DNA from: Tubiluchus corallicola
Taxonomy: Eukaryota; Animalia; Priapulida
Assembly: GCA_030141605.1 (NCBI GenBank)
Contig: JAQGDQ010000338.1
Span: 186,001 to 250,000 of the forward strand
Direction of reading: 5' to 3'
Length of the DNA stretch: 64,000 nt
The translations under genes were made by a program, and so were the position numbers. The notes under the pieces were generated by a model. It was not told the DNA's origin, made no database searches, and worked only from the letters and a program-made list of their open reading frames with translations. How positions within the stretch are numbered: the first letter of the stretch is position 1; every line of letters begins with the position of its first letter. This document shows positions 13,531 through 24,974 of this stretch, piece after piece.

Positions 13531-16500
13531 TTAATTTTCCTTGGTTAGGTTCTGATCTGGTTGTGACACGCCTTCTCCTTTCGATTCGAGTTTAGTTTCT
13601 ACAACTTCTGCTAACACGAGCTCTTCATCTTCTGCTGCAGGTGAAACCTGCTTGTCTTCAACGTCATTTTCTAAAACTGCTTCTGTTTGTGACACGCCTT
13701 CTCCTTTCGATTCGAGTTTAGTTTCTTCAACTTCTGCTAACACGGGCTCTTCATCTTCTGCTGCAGGTGAAACCTGTTTGTCTTCAACGTCATTTTCTAA
13801 AACTGCTTCTGTTTGTGACACGCCTTCTCCTTTCGATTCGAGTTTGGTTTCTTCAACTTCTGCTAACACGGGCTCTTCATCTTCTGCTGCAGGTGAAACC
13901 TGCTTGTCTTCAACGTCATTTGCTAAAACTGCTTCTGTTTGTGACACGCCTTCTCCTCTCGATTCGAGTTTAGTTTCTACAACTTCTGCTAACACGGGCT
14001 CTTCATCTTCTGCTGCAAGTGAAACTTGCTTGTCTTCAACGTCATTTTCTAAGACTGCTTCTGTTTGTGACACGCCTTCTCCTTTCGATTCGAGTTTAGT
14101 TTCTTCAACTTCTGCTAACACGAGCTCTTCATCTTCTGCTGCAGGTGAAACCTGCTTGTCTTCAACGTCATTTGCTAAAACTGCTTCTGTTTGTGACACG
14201 CCTTCTCCTTTCGATTCGAGTTTAGTTTCTTCAACTTCTGCTAACACGGGCTCTTCATCTTCTGCTGCAGGTGAAACCTGCTTGTCTTCAACGTCATTTT
14301 CTAAGACTGCTTCTGTTTGTGACACGCCTTCTCCTTTCGATTCGAGTTTAGTTTGTTCAACTTCTGCTAACACGGGCTCTTCATCTTCTGCTGCAGGTGA
14401 AAGCTGCTGGTCTTCAACGTCATTTGCTAAAACTGCTTCTGGTTTTTCTTCCGTATTTTGTAACTCTTCATCCATCACTGTGTCAGATTTAACGCTGTCA
14501 GCTTCAAGGTTCTCTTTGCTACGAGGTGTTTCTTTTTCTCGATAAACGTCTTGACTATTTATTTTTTTATCTGCCGGCATATCCGTCTCTTTAGTGTATC
14601 CACTGTCAATGTCTTCAGCAATGTTTGATTCATCTGCTTCTTTCTTTGCATCACTATCAAGCTGCGTATCTAGTAATTTTTCGGTATTTGCCTCCACTTC
14701 GGTTTTGGTAGATTCTTCTGATTGTTCACTGCTTTGCTGCTCACGATATTCTGCTTTCAATGTTGATTCATGCCTCGCTGTCTCTTGTTCAGTGTCACTA
14801 AGTCGATCATCTAGAACTGCATTTCCTGCTTCTGCATCATTTGTATTATCCGATAATCCAGTTTTAGAGTCAGCATTATTGTCTACTGTGTTCATATCAT
14901 CTTTATCTTGTATCACTGTAGTATTCAAATTTTCTGCCTCATTCGCAAGTGAATCCATGCCTTCTCCAGTTTTTGTTTCACCTCCCCTATCGTCTTTTGC
15001 ATATTCACCTTCTGACATTTCCTCCTGTGGTGTTTCATTCATATCAAATCTAGCATCAGTGGATTCAATTTTTGCTTCTTCTTTGTAAAACATTTGTCCA
15101 ATTTGTTGACTTTGTGCAGCAGATCTTTCAATTTCACTTTCTACAGGCGTTGCTTCCACATAATCTGCAGTTTCAGCTTTAACTTCTGTCGCAAATATGT
15201 CTTCTTTAACCTTATTTTCATCTTCCTCAAAATTTTCAACGAACATATCTGGTACTTCTAAGACCTCTTCACCTTTTGGTTCACGTACTTCATTGCTTCC
15301 ATTTTCTTTGGTTTCTATGTAAACATCGTCTTGTGCTGCATCTTCTGCTTCCGCTGTTGAAAGTTCTTCTTTGTTTTCTGCAAGTATAGCTGTCGTATCA
15401 ACGTTTTCTTCATTCTCCATTTCTATTGCAGTATTTTCTACATCATCAGCTTTTTCTTCTTCTTCAAGGTGAAGTCTTTCAGGAGCATCTTCTTCTTTTG
15501 TTGTAACTTCTGTCTCAAGTGCAGCATGTTCTGCACTTTCAGTTTTTGAGCGCACAGCTTCATCAGCTTCTACTTTGTCATCTGTAAGTTGAACTGTTTC
15601 TTTTTCAATTTCAAGAACATCCTCTTCTTTTCTTGTCATATCCACTTCAGTTGCTGTGTGCTCTGCACTCTCAGTTTTTTGACGAACTCTTCTGCTTTCA
15701 TCAGTTTCTTCTTCAACAGGGTATGCTTCCTGATCATCTATTGCAATAGTGGCTTCCTCTCTTGTTCCCACCTCCATTTCAAGTGTTCTATGTTCTCCAC
15801 TTTCAGTTACATCGTTTTTATCAGGAACATCCTCTTCATTAGTTGTTATTTCTCTCTCGGTTGTTGTATCCTCTACACTTTCAGCTTTTGGAGAGGTAGT
15901 TTTATCTTCTCCAGTTTCGCCTTCTATTGGTTCAGCTACCACATCATCATTTTCAGGGATGGTTTCTTTTCCTGTTGTTACCTCTGCCTCAAGTGCATTT
16001 GCCTCATATTCAGTTTTGTGCACAGCTTGATCCTTGTCAGTTTTGTCGTCTGGACGTTGGCCTGTTATGTCTATACTCTCAGAAATGCCTTCGTCTTCTT
16101 TTGTTTTTACCATCATCTCATTTGTAATATCTTGATCACTTTTAGATTTTGAATAAACTGCTTTGCCTTCATCAGTTTTGGTTTCTGTTGGTTGAACTGT
16201 CACATTATCTCTTTCAAAGGCATCTTTCTCTCTTGTTGCAAACTCTACCTCATGTGTCCCATGTTCCACACTTTCAGTTTTTGAATGATCAGTTTCACTC
16301 TCGCTAATTTTATTCTCTGTAAGTTCACTCTTATCCTCAGTTACATCCTCTTCTTTTGTGAACTCTGTTTTGGTTGTAGCATCTTTGGCGCTTAAAGTAA
16401 TAAGTTTGCCTTTGTCAATTTCGTCTTCTAAAAGTTGAATTGTAGCAACATCATCTTTGGGGATTTCTTTTTCTTTTGCCATTACCATCTCATATCCTGC

Positions 16501-16638
16501 CTCTTCTGCACGTATCTCCATCTCAGTTGATATACTTAAAGTTCTTGAATGAGTAATTTCACCCTCACTAATTTGAGTAGTTACATCTTCTGAAATTTGA
16601 GTAATTGCATCTTCAGCTTCAGTTGCAACATTCTCCAT
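13531..16638 (-). CDS. Large Glu/Asp/Thr-rich, probably disordered protein or giant exon (>=1035 aa) with internal repeats
   Basis: 3.1-kb uninterrupted ORF, mostly not tandem at the DNA level, with a consistent acidic composition. Seven 42-aa C-terminal repeats stay in frame. The true start is uncertain because the frame stays open upstream of the ATG. Confidence 0.8.
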   Translation of the reverse strand: MENVATEAEDAITQISEDVTTQISEGEITHSRTLSISTEMEIRAEEAGYEMVMAKEKEIPKDDVATIQLLEDEIDKGKLITLSAKDATTKTEFTKEEDVTEDKSELTENKISESETDHSKTESVEHGTHEVEFATREKDAFERDNVTVQPTETKTDEGKAVYSKSKSDQDITNEMMVKTKEDEGISESIDITGQRPDDKTDKDQAVHKTEYEANALEAEVTTGKETIPENDDVVAEPIEGETGEDKTTSPKAESVEDTTTEREITTNEEDVPDKNDVTESGEHRTLEMEVGTREEATIAIDDQEAYPVEEETDESRRVRQKTESAEHTATEVDMTRKEEDVLEIEKETVQLTDDKVEADEAVRSKTESAEHAALETEVTTKEEDAPERLHLEEEEKADDVENTAIEMENEENVDTTAILAENKEELSTAEAEDAAQDDVYIETKENGSNEVREPKGEEVLEVPDMFVENFEEDENKVKEDIFATEVKAETADYVEATPVESEIERSAAQSQQIGQMFYKEEAKIESTDARFDMNETPQEEMSEGEYAKDDRGGETKTGEGMDSLANEAENLNTTVIQDKDDMNTVDNNADSKTGLSDNTNDAEAGNAVLDDRLSDTEQETARHESTLKAEYREQQSSEQSEESTKTEVEANTEKLLDTQLDSDAKKEADESNIAEDIDSGYTKETDMPADKKINSQDVYREKETPRSKENLEADSVKSDTVMDEELQNTEEKPEAVLANDVEDQQLSPAAEDEEPVLAEVEQTKLESKGEGVSQTEAVLENDVEDKQVSPAAEDEEPVLAEVEETKLESKGEGVSQTEAVLANDVEDKQVSPAAEDEELVLAEVEETKLESKGEGVSQTEAVLENDVEDKQVSLAAEDEEPVLAEVVETKLESRGEGVSQTEAVLANDVEDKQVSPAAEDEEPVLAEVEETKLESKGEGVSQTEAVLENDVEDKQVSPAAEDEEPVLAEVEETKLESKGEGVSQTEAVLENDVEDKQVSPAAEDEELVLAEVVETKLESKGEGVSQPDQNLTKEN
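13558..14439 (-). repeat. Coding minisatellite, 126 bp x 7 (EAVLENDVEDKQVSPAAEDEEPVLAEVEETKLESKGEGVSQT)
   Basis: TTGTGACACG at 13561 and 13687 (period 126); seven units in the translation. Confidence 0.95.
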
Positions 16639-16752
16639 CTCAGTTGATATACTTAAAGTTCTTGAATGAGTAATTTCACCCTCACTAATTTGAGTAGTTA
16701 CATCTTCTGAAATTTGAGTAATTGCATCTTCAGTTGCAACATTCTCTTCTGC

Positions 16753-17485
16753 ATCTTCTTCTTCTTCTTCTTCTTCTTCTTCTTCTTCTTCTTCTTCTTC
16801 TTCTTCTTCTTCTTCTTCTTCTTCTTCTTCTTCTTCTTCTTCTTCTTCTTCTTCTTCTTCTTCTTCTTCTTCTTCTTCTTCTTCTTCTTCTTCTTCTTCT
16901 TCTTCTTCTTCTTCTTCTTCTTCTTCTTCTTCTTCTTCTTCTTCTTCTTCTTCTTCTTGTTCTTCTTCTTCTTCTTCTTCTTCTTCTTCTTCTTGTTCTT
17001 GTTCTTGTTCTTGTTCTTGTTCTTGTTCTTGTTCTTGTTCTTGTTCTTGTTCTTGTTCTTGTTCTTGTTCTTGTTCTTGTTCTTGTTCTTGTTCTTGTTC
17101 TTGTTCTTGTTCTTGTTCTTGTTCTTGTTCTTGTTCTTGTTCTTGTTCTTGTTCTTGTTCTTGTTCTTGTTCTTGTTCTTGTTCTTGTTCTTGTTCTTGT
17201 TCTTGTTCTTGTTCTTGTTCTTGTTCTTGTTCTTGTTCTTGTTCTTGTTCTTGTTCTTGTTCTTGTTCTTGTTCTTGTTCTTGTTCTTGTTCTTGTTCTT
17301 GTTCTTGTTCTTGTTCTTGTTCTTGTTCTTGTTCTTGTTCTTGTTCTTGTTCTTGTTCTTGTTCTTCTTCTTCTTCTTCTTCTTCTTCTTCTTCTTCTTC
17401 TTCTTCTTCTTCTTCTTCTTCTTCTTCTCATTCTCATTCTCATTCTCATTCTCATTCTCATTCTCATTCTTATTCTTATTCTTAT
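16753..17485. repeat. Compound (TTC)n-(TTCTTG)n-(TTC)n-(TTCTCA)n-(TTCTTA)n microsatellite
   Basis: Seen directly. Confidence 0.95.
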
Positions 17486-18588
17486 TTCCTACGTTTCCAT
17501 TTGCGTTACTTTTACCCCATGCCATTTTTACCTGTACTATTTTGACTGTGCCGTTTTTACCTGTGCCATTTTAACCTACATTCAGTTAAACAGACTAGCG
17601 AAAAATAAACTTTAAGAAAATCTCGGATTTCAAAACAATTTAAAACAATAACGTTCGTTACCTGTTTATTTTCGACAGTTAAGTTTCCAAAATCCAAAAA
17701 CACTTCGTCAACATTCAACAACTTGTCAACTTTCAAGCTGTCAACATTCAGTAACAAGACTGCTTTCCACCTGTCAACAATTTCTGAGTTCTGACACAGC
17801 TCTATGCAGCACTAACACTACCGCTACGATTAAACCAGGAACTTATCTACAGTTGTTATTGCAGTGAAGTTTACTTTAGCACTTTGTTATCAATTTACTG
17901 AGATACGATCATTTTAAATTCAAATGTACATTAAAGAAAATAAAGGCTAGTATCTCTGTGAATTTCTGATGCTTTCTGTTAAACTGCCTTTTGGTTTACT
18001 CACACAAACTGGCCGTATTTGAAATACTAACTGTTATAGCCACTTGGTCGACAAATTAACAAGATTATTGATTATTGATTGCCCTTGGTCACTTTTATAA
18101 AGGTGTGTTCAGATGCCCTCTTTCACGATTTTTTTACACCAAAAAGAAATGAGTCATTATTCTAACCATCAAAACAAGAGCAAAAAGAATTCTTTGTACC
18201 CTAGGTAGATATTTTCCCATTGCTTTTGCTTGCATAATAGCTAAGTTGCAACCCATCTATTTCTTAGATACCTATCCCATCCACCCCGTTATTTTTGAAA
18301 ATGGTTTCGTCCATGTTTGGTAAATTTATGCATTGGACAAGGCGAGTACCAAAGTTCATGTAGACTCACTGTTATACCTACCAATGTTGATGATTACAAC
18401 AGTGCATATACTACTGAGGGAGCTAACAGAGCTTTATATTTATGACTTGCGTAGAAGAGGTTTGAGTACCCGAATTTTGTGATAATTTTGTTGACGATAA
18501 CATGAGCGTAGGGAATCAGGTTTCACAAGGAGGGCAGAAGGAATTTGCCCTAAAAATTTTCTAACTTGGTCTAGCCTATATCATTTCC

Positions 18589-19131
18589 AAATGCGGCCAT
18601 ATCACGTTGAAAACACCGGTTCTAGTCTGATCACCGAAGTTCAGCAATCTAGAGCCTGGTTAGTACTTGGATGGGTGACCGCTTAGGAATACCAGGTGCT
18701 GTAGGCTTGCGGGATGCCCACACTGTATCTCGACACTAGGCGGAGGAGCTGCACAAGCAGCCAACGGCCAGAGGGCGGAGGAGGTCAAGTGACCCAACGG
18801 TCATGTGTAGAGGAGTGAATCTTCCAAATCAGGAGTGGAGCCCCGAAGGCGGACCAGTGCAGCATGCTCACTGACTCCGGCAGCTCCTGCAGCCAACCTG
18901 GTGCCGAACGTATCGCTCCGCTTTCCTTTGGACTACACCAGGGAGGAAGAGAGGGGGTTCCTGTTGTCTGGACAACTCAGGATCTCCATACAGCTTGCCC
19001 AGGCGTGCGCCCTGGAGACGTTCAAGGATCGGACTGCTCAGCCACAGTTGACGCTGCAGCTCCATCAATGTGATCAATAACTGACTCTTTTGGCGCACAC
19101 TCCATTGTCTTCCGAGACAGAAGGATGCCAA
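18589..19131 (+). mobile_element. 5S rRNA-derived SINE (SINE3), copy 1
   Basis: 18594-18708 is recognisable 5S rRNA (CGGCCATATCACGTTGAAAACACCGGTTC...TAGTACTTGGATGGGTGACCGC..GGAATACCAGGTGCTGTAGGCTT). No oligo-T terminator follows; instead a ~420-bp body shared with the copy at 40581-41063. Confidence 0.85.
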
Positions 19132-19689
19132 GAACATATATATATACAAGAGAAAGATGGAAACGTTTTCAGCAAAATTTAAGTCGAGGATAATGACTGA
19201 TGTTTAATGAAGTTACAATTTTTTAAATCGGAATTCCTATTCCAACGTGATACGACAATATTGTTAAGTACTGCAGTGAACGCAAACATGCGTAAATTTA
19301 ATGTTAAGAGAAGACCTGATGATTTTTTTATGTTCTACCCCAAGTCCAATAGAAAGTATACATCTTCACACAACTAATACTGCAAAAGCGTTTCTGATAA
19401 TTAAATAATAGATTAATAATAGATTACTAACATAATTTTCAACAGCAAAAATATTCCACGAGTGTGTTGCACGTGTTTGCGAAAGCAAAAATTGAAGTAC
19501 AGTGCCACTGTAAGATATTCAGTGTGTTGTAATAAAATTAAGCTAGTGCTCGTCTAACTAGCGAAAGGCGAAATGCGTGTAACAGCAAAGAACTAGCGGC
19601 GCGAACATGAAATTGTGTTTGTGTGGTAATAATTCTTTCACGTAAGTCACTTTGGAAAAAACATCATGTTTCCTTTCAACATTTTAGTT

Positions 19690-20215
19690 TAAACATAATT
19701 TATTTAGGATTGGATCAGACAGTTTGTACAACATGATTTAGGATCCTCACCACAACAGACTTTATACATTATTTACAAGAACATTTACAGTAAGAATAGA
19801 CTATACTTAGTTTTTAGTATACTTTAGTATACTAAAGTTTTACTACAGTGATACATTAGACATTAGTAGAAAATGACGGTTAGTAAATATTAATGTACGA
19901 TTATTTAAGACTGATGCATTTTATATCAGATAGAAACTACTGGAAGCGTTTAGTACGTAATATAAAGTCATGTATGCATTGGAATATTTTACAGTTAGTA
20001 ACATAGTTAAATTCATCTTTACCGAATAATAACAACTTCAACAGATCATTATTTCCTAAGGCAGCTATATTAAGGTTTTCAGGCAGAAGCATTTCATTTA
20101 ATTTATCAAACATAACAACCCTAGTTTGTTGATACAATGGGCAGTGCAACAAAAAGTGTTCAACAGACTCAAATCGAAATCCACAGTTACAATTCGGCAA
20201 TATTGGATTCAACAT
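19690..20215 (-). mobile_element. 5'-truncated LINE 3' end with Zn-knuckle (CR1/L2-group, invertebrate type)
   Basis: ORF 19937-20215: CNCGFRFESVEHFLLHCPLY...LLLFG...IFQCIHDFILRTKRFQ*, then 3' UTR. Further copies at 50641-52125 and 56417-56785. Confidence 0.75.
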
Positions 20216-20701
20216 TTTAAAGAGTGGATTGTTTTGACCTACAGTTTAAAATTCTGTCCGGTTTTGCTTTAAAATAAGGACTGGAAAACTTTTTGCCGAA
20301 TTGAACTTTACGAATATTTTCATTTTTAAGCACAAATTAGCAAAAAAATTTGAAAAAATTAAATTGAATGTTTACTGTTGCATTCCTTAGAATCACAATT
20401 TTATTCACAATTAGTTTACCAATTTTATTCTTGTGCATTGGATCTTTAGAGGTAAGAAGGTTTATCAAATCATGTATATAGATATAGATATAGACAGCGA
20501 CAATTTTTGTTACATTACCTACGACTAGTCAGACAAGAAGTAACAACTCACTTAAACTGTATGTCAAGCGATCTGCTGAAAAATCTTTAGTCATTTTTAA
20601 TAGGGATGATAGTTTACTAGAAATTGTAAATGATGCACCTTTGGTAAACGCATATAGCTTTTTAGTATTTTATCTAAATATTTTACGGTGCTTTTGAAAA
20701 T

Positions 20702-20855
<154 letters not shown>

Positions 20856-21209
20856 TGCAAAAGCTCGAAATGCAAACCTTTTTTAACAGGCGCATGTAAG
20901 AAGCGTTTGTTGTTTTGTGTCTCCCCCCCCCCCTCATTCTTATGCTACTTTTTATGCGTGTACGCATTTTAATGTGTATTGCTTGTTTTTATATCATGTA
21001 TAATTGTATATGTGTGTATGTATATGAACACATTTTAATGTATATTGTTTGCTTTTCATTTGGTGTGAAATAATGACGACTAAACGAATGTCAAATATAG
21101 TTCCTTTCGAAGGCGTTTTAAATATTTCAGACTGAAAATAAATGTGTGAGTTCAAAATTCATTTCACATGGAAGTTTCGTAAATTTTGTAGCCAAAGAGA
21201 AGATTCACG

Positions 21210-21401
21210 TTAATAATGTTCACTGTATAATTCTGCTACATCCACTTTATCTTCACTTGCTGAATGCTCTAAGATTTCATCGTCATCAACTTTAAGCTTA
21301 ACCACCTGTACAGCAAGATTTCCTGCCATATTATTAGTAACAGAGAATGTCCACAAATCCTCAGCAGATTGTTGGACAAGCCTCTTTGCAGAACTGGAAC
21401 C
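21210..21401 (-). other. Candidate upstream exon of the Glu-rich gene
   Basis: Minus-strand acceptor TTCCTATTGCAG|G near 21401, then AATAATATGG start context and an acidic peptide MAGNLAVQVVKLKVDDDEILEHSASEDKVDVAE... No convincing donor identified. Confidence 0.25.
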
Positions 21402-21629
21402 TGCAATAGGAAGTTTGCTGCACTTCTCAGTTGTCAAGGTAAACAGATGGTACTGCCAAAAAGAAAAATACTGCAATATAAATTCCAAAATTTTGTCTAC
21501 ATAAAAGTCCTAAAGAGTTCCCAGCGTCTGGCTTGCATATATATATATATATATGTTCTTTCACGGTTTTTTGGATTTAATAGATTTATTTCGCAATAAA
21601 CATATACATATACATTACACGTGCATCAG

Positions 21630-22165
21630 GTTTTATTAATACAAAAATATGATACAATTCATGAATTCTGCGCTAGAGAAGCTAGCTTATGGTAGGCCAC
21701 TAGAATTAGTTACGAAAAAAATTATAATATATACAGATACAATATTACAATATATACAAATATAAATACGGGTGGGAAGTAATAAAAATATTGTTACACT
21801 AGAGGGGAAGTTTTTTGAAAATGAAAAACAACAAATCATGATTGAGTCATCAGTTATATGTTTCAAGTAAGTTTGATTTATAATTTTTTTAAATATGGAC
21901 AGCGAGTTGGCATTTTTAATAGCTGGAGCAATTGAATTCCATATGTAAGGGCCATTGTATTTAATAGAAAATTTTCTGACATTAGTGTTGCACTGTATGT
22001 AGTGATAGTTAAGTCTATAACGTGTGCCGTAATTATGTATCTCAGCATTCAAACAAAAATAATCAGTAAATAAGGGAGGCAATAATTTATTAGAGAATTT
22101 GCACATGAAAATGGCAGTTTGGAACTTATTAATGTCGTAAATGTTTGGAAAGTTTAGTCTTTAAA
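21630..22165 (-). mobile_element. 5'-truncated LINE 3' end, L2/Crack/Daphne-like
   Basis: ORF 21687-22106 has LPPLFTDYF...HNYGTR...RKFSIKYNGPYIWNSI...NSLSIFKK, a typical ORF2 C-terminus. Confidence 0.75.
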
Positions 22166-22627
22166 TATTGGTGGATCATAGGCTTTAACGAGACAAGCCG
22201 CCCTCAGTACGTAGATATATGGATGTTCTGCTTGAGACTTCCGCTTTGCTCTCGAAACAAAACATCCCTTCTACCGGAAAATAGAGGAAAAGGAGCAAGA
22301 CCTACCTTTGAACATTGAAGTGTGGTGAATAATTTAGATTATAATCTTAACAAATATTTCTAACGGAGTCTTCTTTGTCACAGGACATCACAGCCGGTAT
22401 TTGGCATGTCGAAAACTCTAAATTTTTAAGTACGATGAATGGTTGATTTTTGTTCTTCAAAAATATTTTATCTTATTTTAACGATTTAATTGGATGTTTT
22501 TAACTTTATAACATTTATAACATGTTTTTAACTACATAACTTTATGTAAAAAGTTTGAATTTTGTTAAAATATGCGGGAGGAAAACTATACGGCGACTGA
22601 ATTCATTTACTTCCGCATTTTTGACCC

Positions 22628-22864
22628 AAACAGTTTAATTTGTAACAATTTTCTAAATGTACTTTTACTTTTATATCGAAAACAAGAACTAGTAATTAAA
22701 ATATGCGCATAATTATTGATAAATATTGCATTTTTACAATGACGATATTTGCAATGATGCTCAAACAAGAGTAATTCGTACTTGTTTAGTAATAAAGGTT
22801 TACCGGTCTATTATTAGAGTCCTACGTTTTAGTAAAGAGAAAAGAAATTACAATGTGACTAAAT
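22628..22864 (+). repeat. Near-identical ~235-bp dispersed repeat (second copy ~50002-50240)
   Basis: AAACAGTTTAATTTGTAACAATTTTC...GAAAAGAAATTACAAT present at both loci. Confidence 0.85.
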
Positions 22865-23007
22865 TACGACATGATTTCATGAAATGTATACGTTAGTTCT
22901 AATACAGAAAGACTTTAGACATACCTATTATGTTGTGCCCACGGTCAACCTCGATAATGAGCAAAGGAGCAACGTAGCGATTGTCAGCGCTATGTGAGTC
23001 CTGGCTA

Positions 23008-23140
23008 CAGAGCCTATTTCAAGGGGGAGTGGGGATACTTCCCTGGGGCCTCACCTTCCAGGGGGGGCTCGCGCCAAGGTAACATTTTTTTGCTTTATGC
23101 GAACATACTGCCTCCTCTCTCTCTCTCTCTCTCTCCCTGC
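23008..23140 (-). mobile_element. Terminal fragment of the hAT MITE family seen at 62074-62915
   Basis: CAGAGCCTATTTCAAGGG...GGTAACATTTTTTTGCTTTATGCGAACATACT matches the reverse complement of ~62800-62915. A shorter fragment of the same end lies at ~25280-25341. Confidence 0.7.
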
Positions 23141-23191
23141 CTGGCTACCTAGACAGGCCTTTGGCATACAAAGATTACTATTTATAAATAA

Positions 23192-23249
<58 letters not shown>

Positions 23250-23987
23250 GAAAGAAGCCTAATTCAGCTAATTACATGGTCAGTTGGGCACAATGCAAGC
23301 CATACTATAGACTTGAATGACAATTACATGGGTTATTGATTGCGATGCTAAAGGCAGATCCATCTAAACAAGCTAGAAAACACTTTAGCTCGAGATCTGC
23401 AAAACTGGTGTAGTTCTCGACATGGCCACGTAATCAGATAGAAGCTTAAAAGCATCATTTAAAATTCGTTTTCAATGTTTTACTTAGCTGAATCCACCTG
23501 AAGGTTCATTACATTACAACAAGTGGAACATTTTTCTCAAAAAAAATCTATTACTTCGATTTCTTTCACGTGGTTAACTTTGGTCAAATGTCAATTTTAT
23601 GGCAATTGTAGTACCCTAGCACTAATTTTGCTTTGGTTTTTTTCTGCTGTCGAACCCAGATGTTCGTCAAGATGAGCCATCTTCAAACATAACTTCAGTG
23701 TGTTCTTGCAAAGTCCGTGGCAACTAACATTTGCGCAGTTGCTAAGTGTTTTTGTAGAAACGCGACAAAAAACAATGGCTCACTTTAACAGTGATTTTCT
23801 CAAGATTATGTTTTTCAGTGTGCAGCCTGCACCTCAACTTCAACATGGATTATCTCAATAATACTCTCTCTGGATATTTATTAGTGTCAGCTCACAGTGT
23901 CCCTAAATCCTGTCCTAAATTCGATGTTTTATACAGGATAAACGCATGCATTAACATTGCTCCAGTAACTGAGTAATGTATCACATA

Positions 23988-24492
23988 CAGTGTCTTCCCT
24001 CGCTACTTCGCGGTTCGTTTATCGCGGACTCGCTGTTTCGCGGATTTTCAAAAATATTAATGCAAAATATTTATCGCAGTATTTTCGCTGTTTCGCGGGT
24101 TTTTGCGGTACTCCGTCTAAAGTATTTTTGCACATGCGTAGTACGTATTGTACAGTAATGTATAGATTTGATGAATTTTGCATAAAAAATCACAAATGTA
24201 TAAAAATATATAAAAAATATTAATTCTAACATTAAAACAATATTATAAATCATAAGAAAATTGCCATTTACAGTAAATAGTGTATTTATTCGGCGGATGA
24301 ATACACACCAAAAACGAAATGTAGTACTAGCGCCCGCTTGAGATGCTACTTGCCGACGTGAGATTGTACACAACACGTGATTGGTTGATTATAGTATAAC
24401 TATGAAATAAGTATAGCGTCCCTACTTCGCGGAAATTCACTTATCGCGGGTGGGCCTGGAACGGAACATCCGCGATAAGTGAGGGAACACTG
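23988..24492. mobile_element. Tc1/mariner-superfamily (Tigger/pogo-like) MITE
   Basis: TA|CAGTGTCTTCCCTCGCTACTTCGCGG ... CCGCGATAAGTGAGGGAACACTG|TA: TIRs starting CAGT, TA target duplication, repeated TTCGCGG subterminal motifs. Confidence 0.85.
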
Positions 24493-24880
24493 TATATATT
24501 AAAATTTACAAAACTGAGAATCAGCTCTCATACTTTTGTGTATTGAAAGAGGCAGGTACCTGGAAGGTGGCAGGTTAAACCTGGAAAAATCCCAGCTGAG
24601 AATCGTATATAACTAATAAGAAGACTTAATAATGTTTGTTTTACCAGTAATTGTTTTGTTTGTCTGCAGTGCCAGTACATTTCAAAATTGAAATTGCATG
24701 TTTGTCTTGTTTTTTCTTGTATTGTATGTATTTTTGACACTAATAAATATCTAAATATATGTATTGACAGACTGTTCATTGTGTTTTAATTACTGACCAA
24801 TATCAGTCTAATTTCTGAGGACCTTCTTAAATCTGATCGAAAGTTACAGTTTCAACGTGGGTGAAAGAATTTGCTGCTCA

Positions 24881-24961
24881 AGTGACTAAACTAAATCAGT
24901 AAATCTCATACATGTATATGAGATTTATATGTATGAAATTTACTGATTTAGTTTAGTCACT
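24881..24961. repeat. Hairpin palindrome with ~33-bp arms
   Basis: AGTGACTAAACTAAATCAGTAAATCTCATACAT ... ATGTATGAAATTTACTGATTTAGTTTAGTCACT. Confidence 0.85.
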
Positions 24962-24974
24962 CCACACTTTATAA

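Noticed and set aside
13652-16152. Ser-rich plus-strand ORFs
   Set aside because: Antisense shadows of the Glu-rich ORF.
16698-17615. Poly-K, poly-R, poly-F and poly-L ORFs
   Set aside because: Alternative frames of the TTC microsatellite; only the E frame is contiguous with the real ORF.
18589-18708. Functional 5S rRNA gene
   Set aside because: 5' bases altered, no oligo-T terminator, dispersed, fused to a shared body, and the second copy has a TSD; better explained as a SINE.
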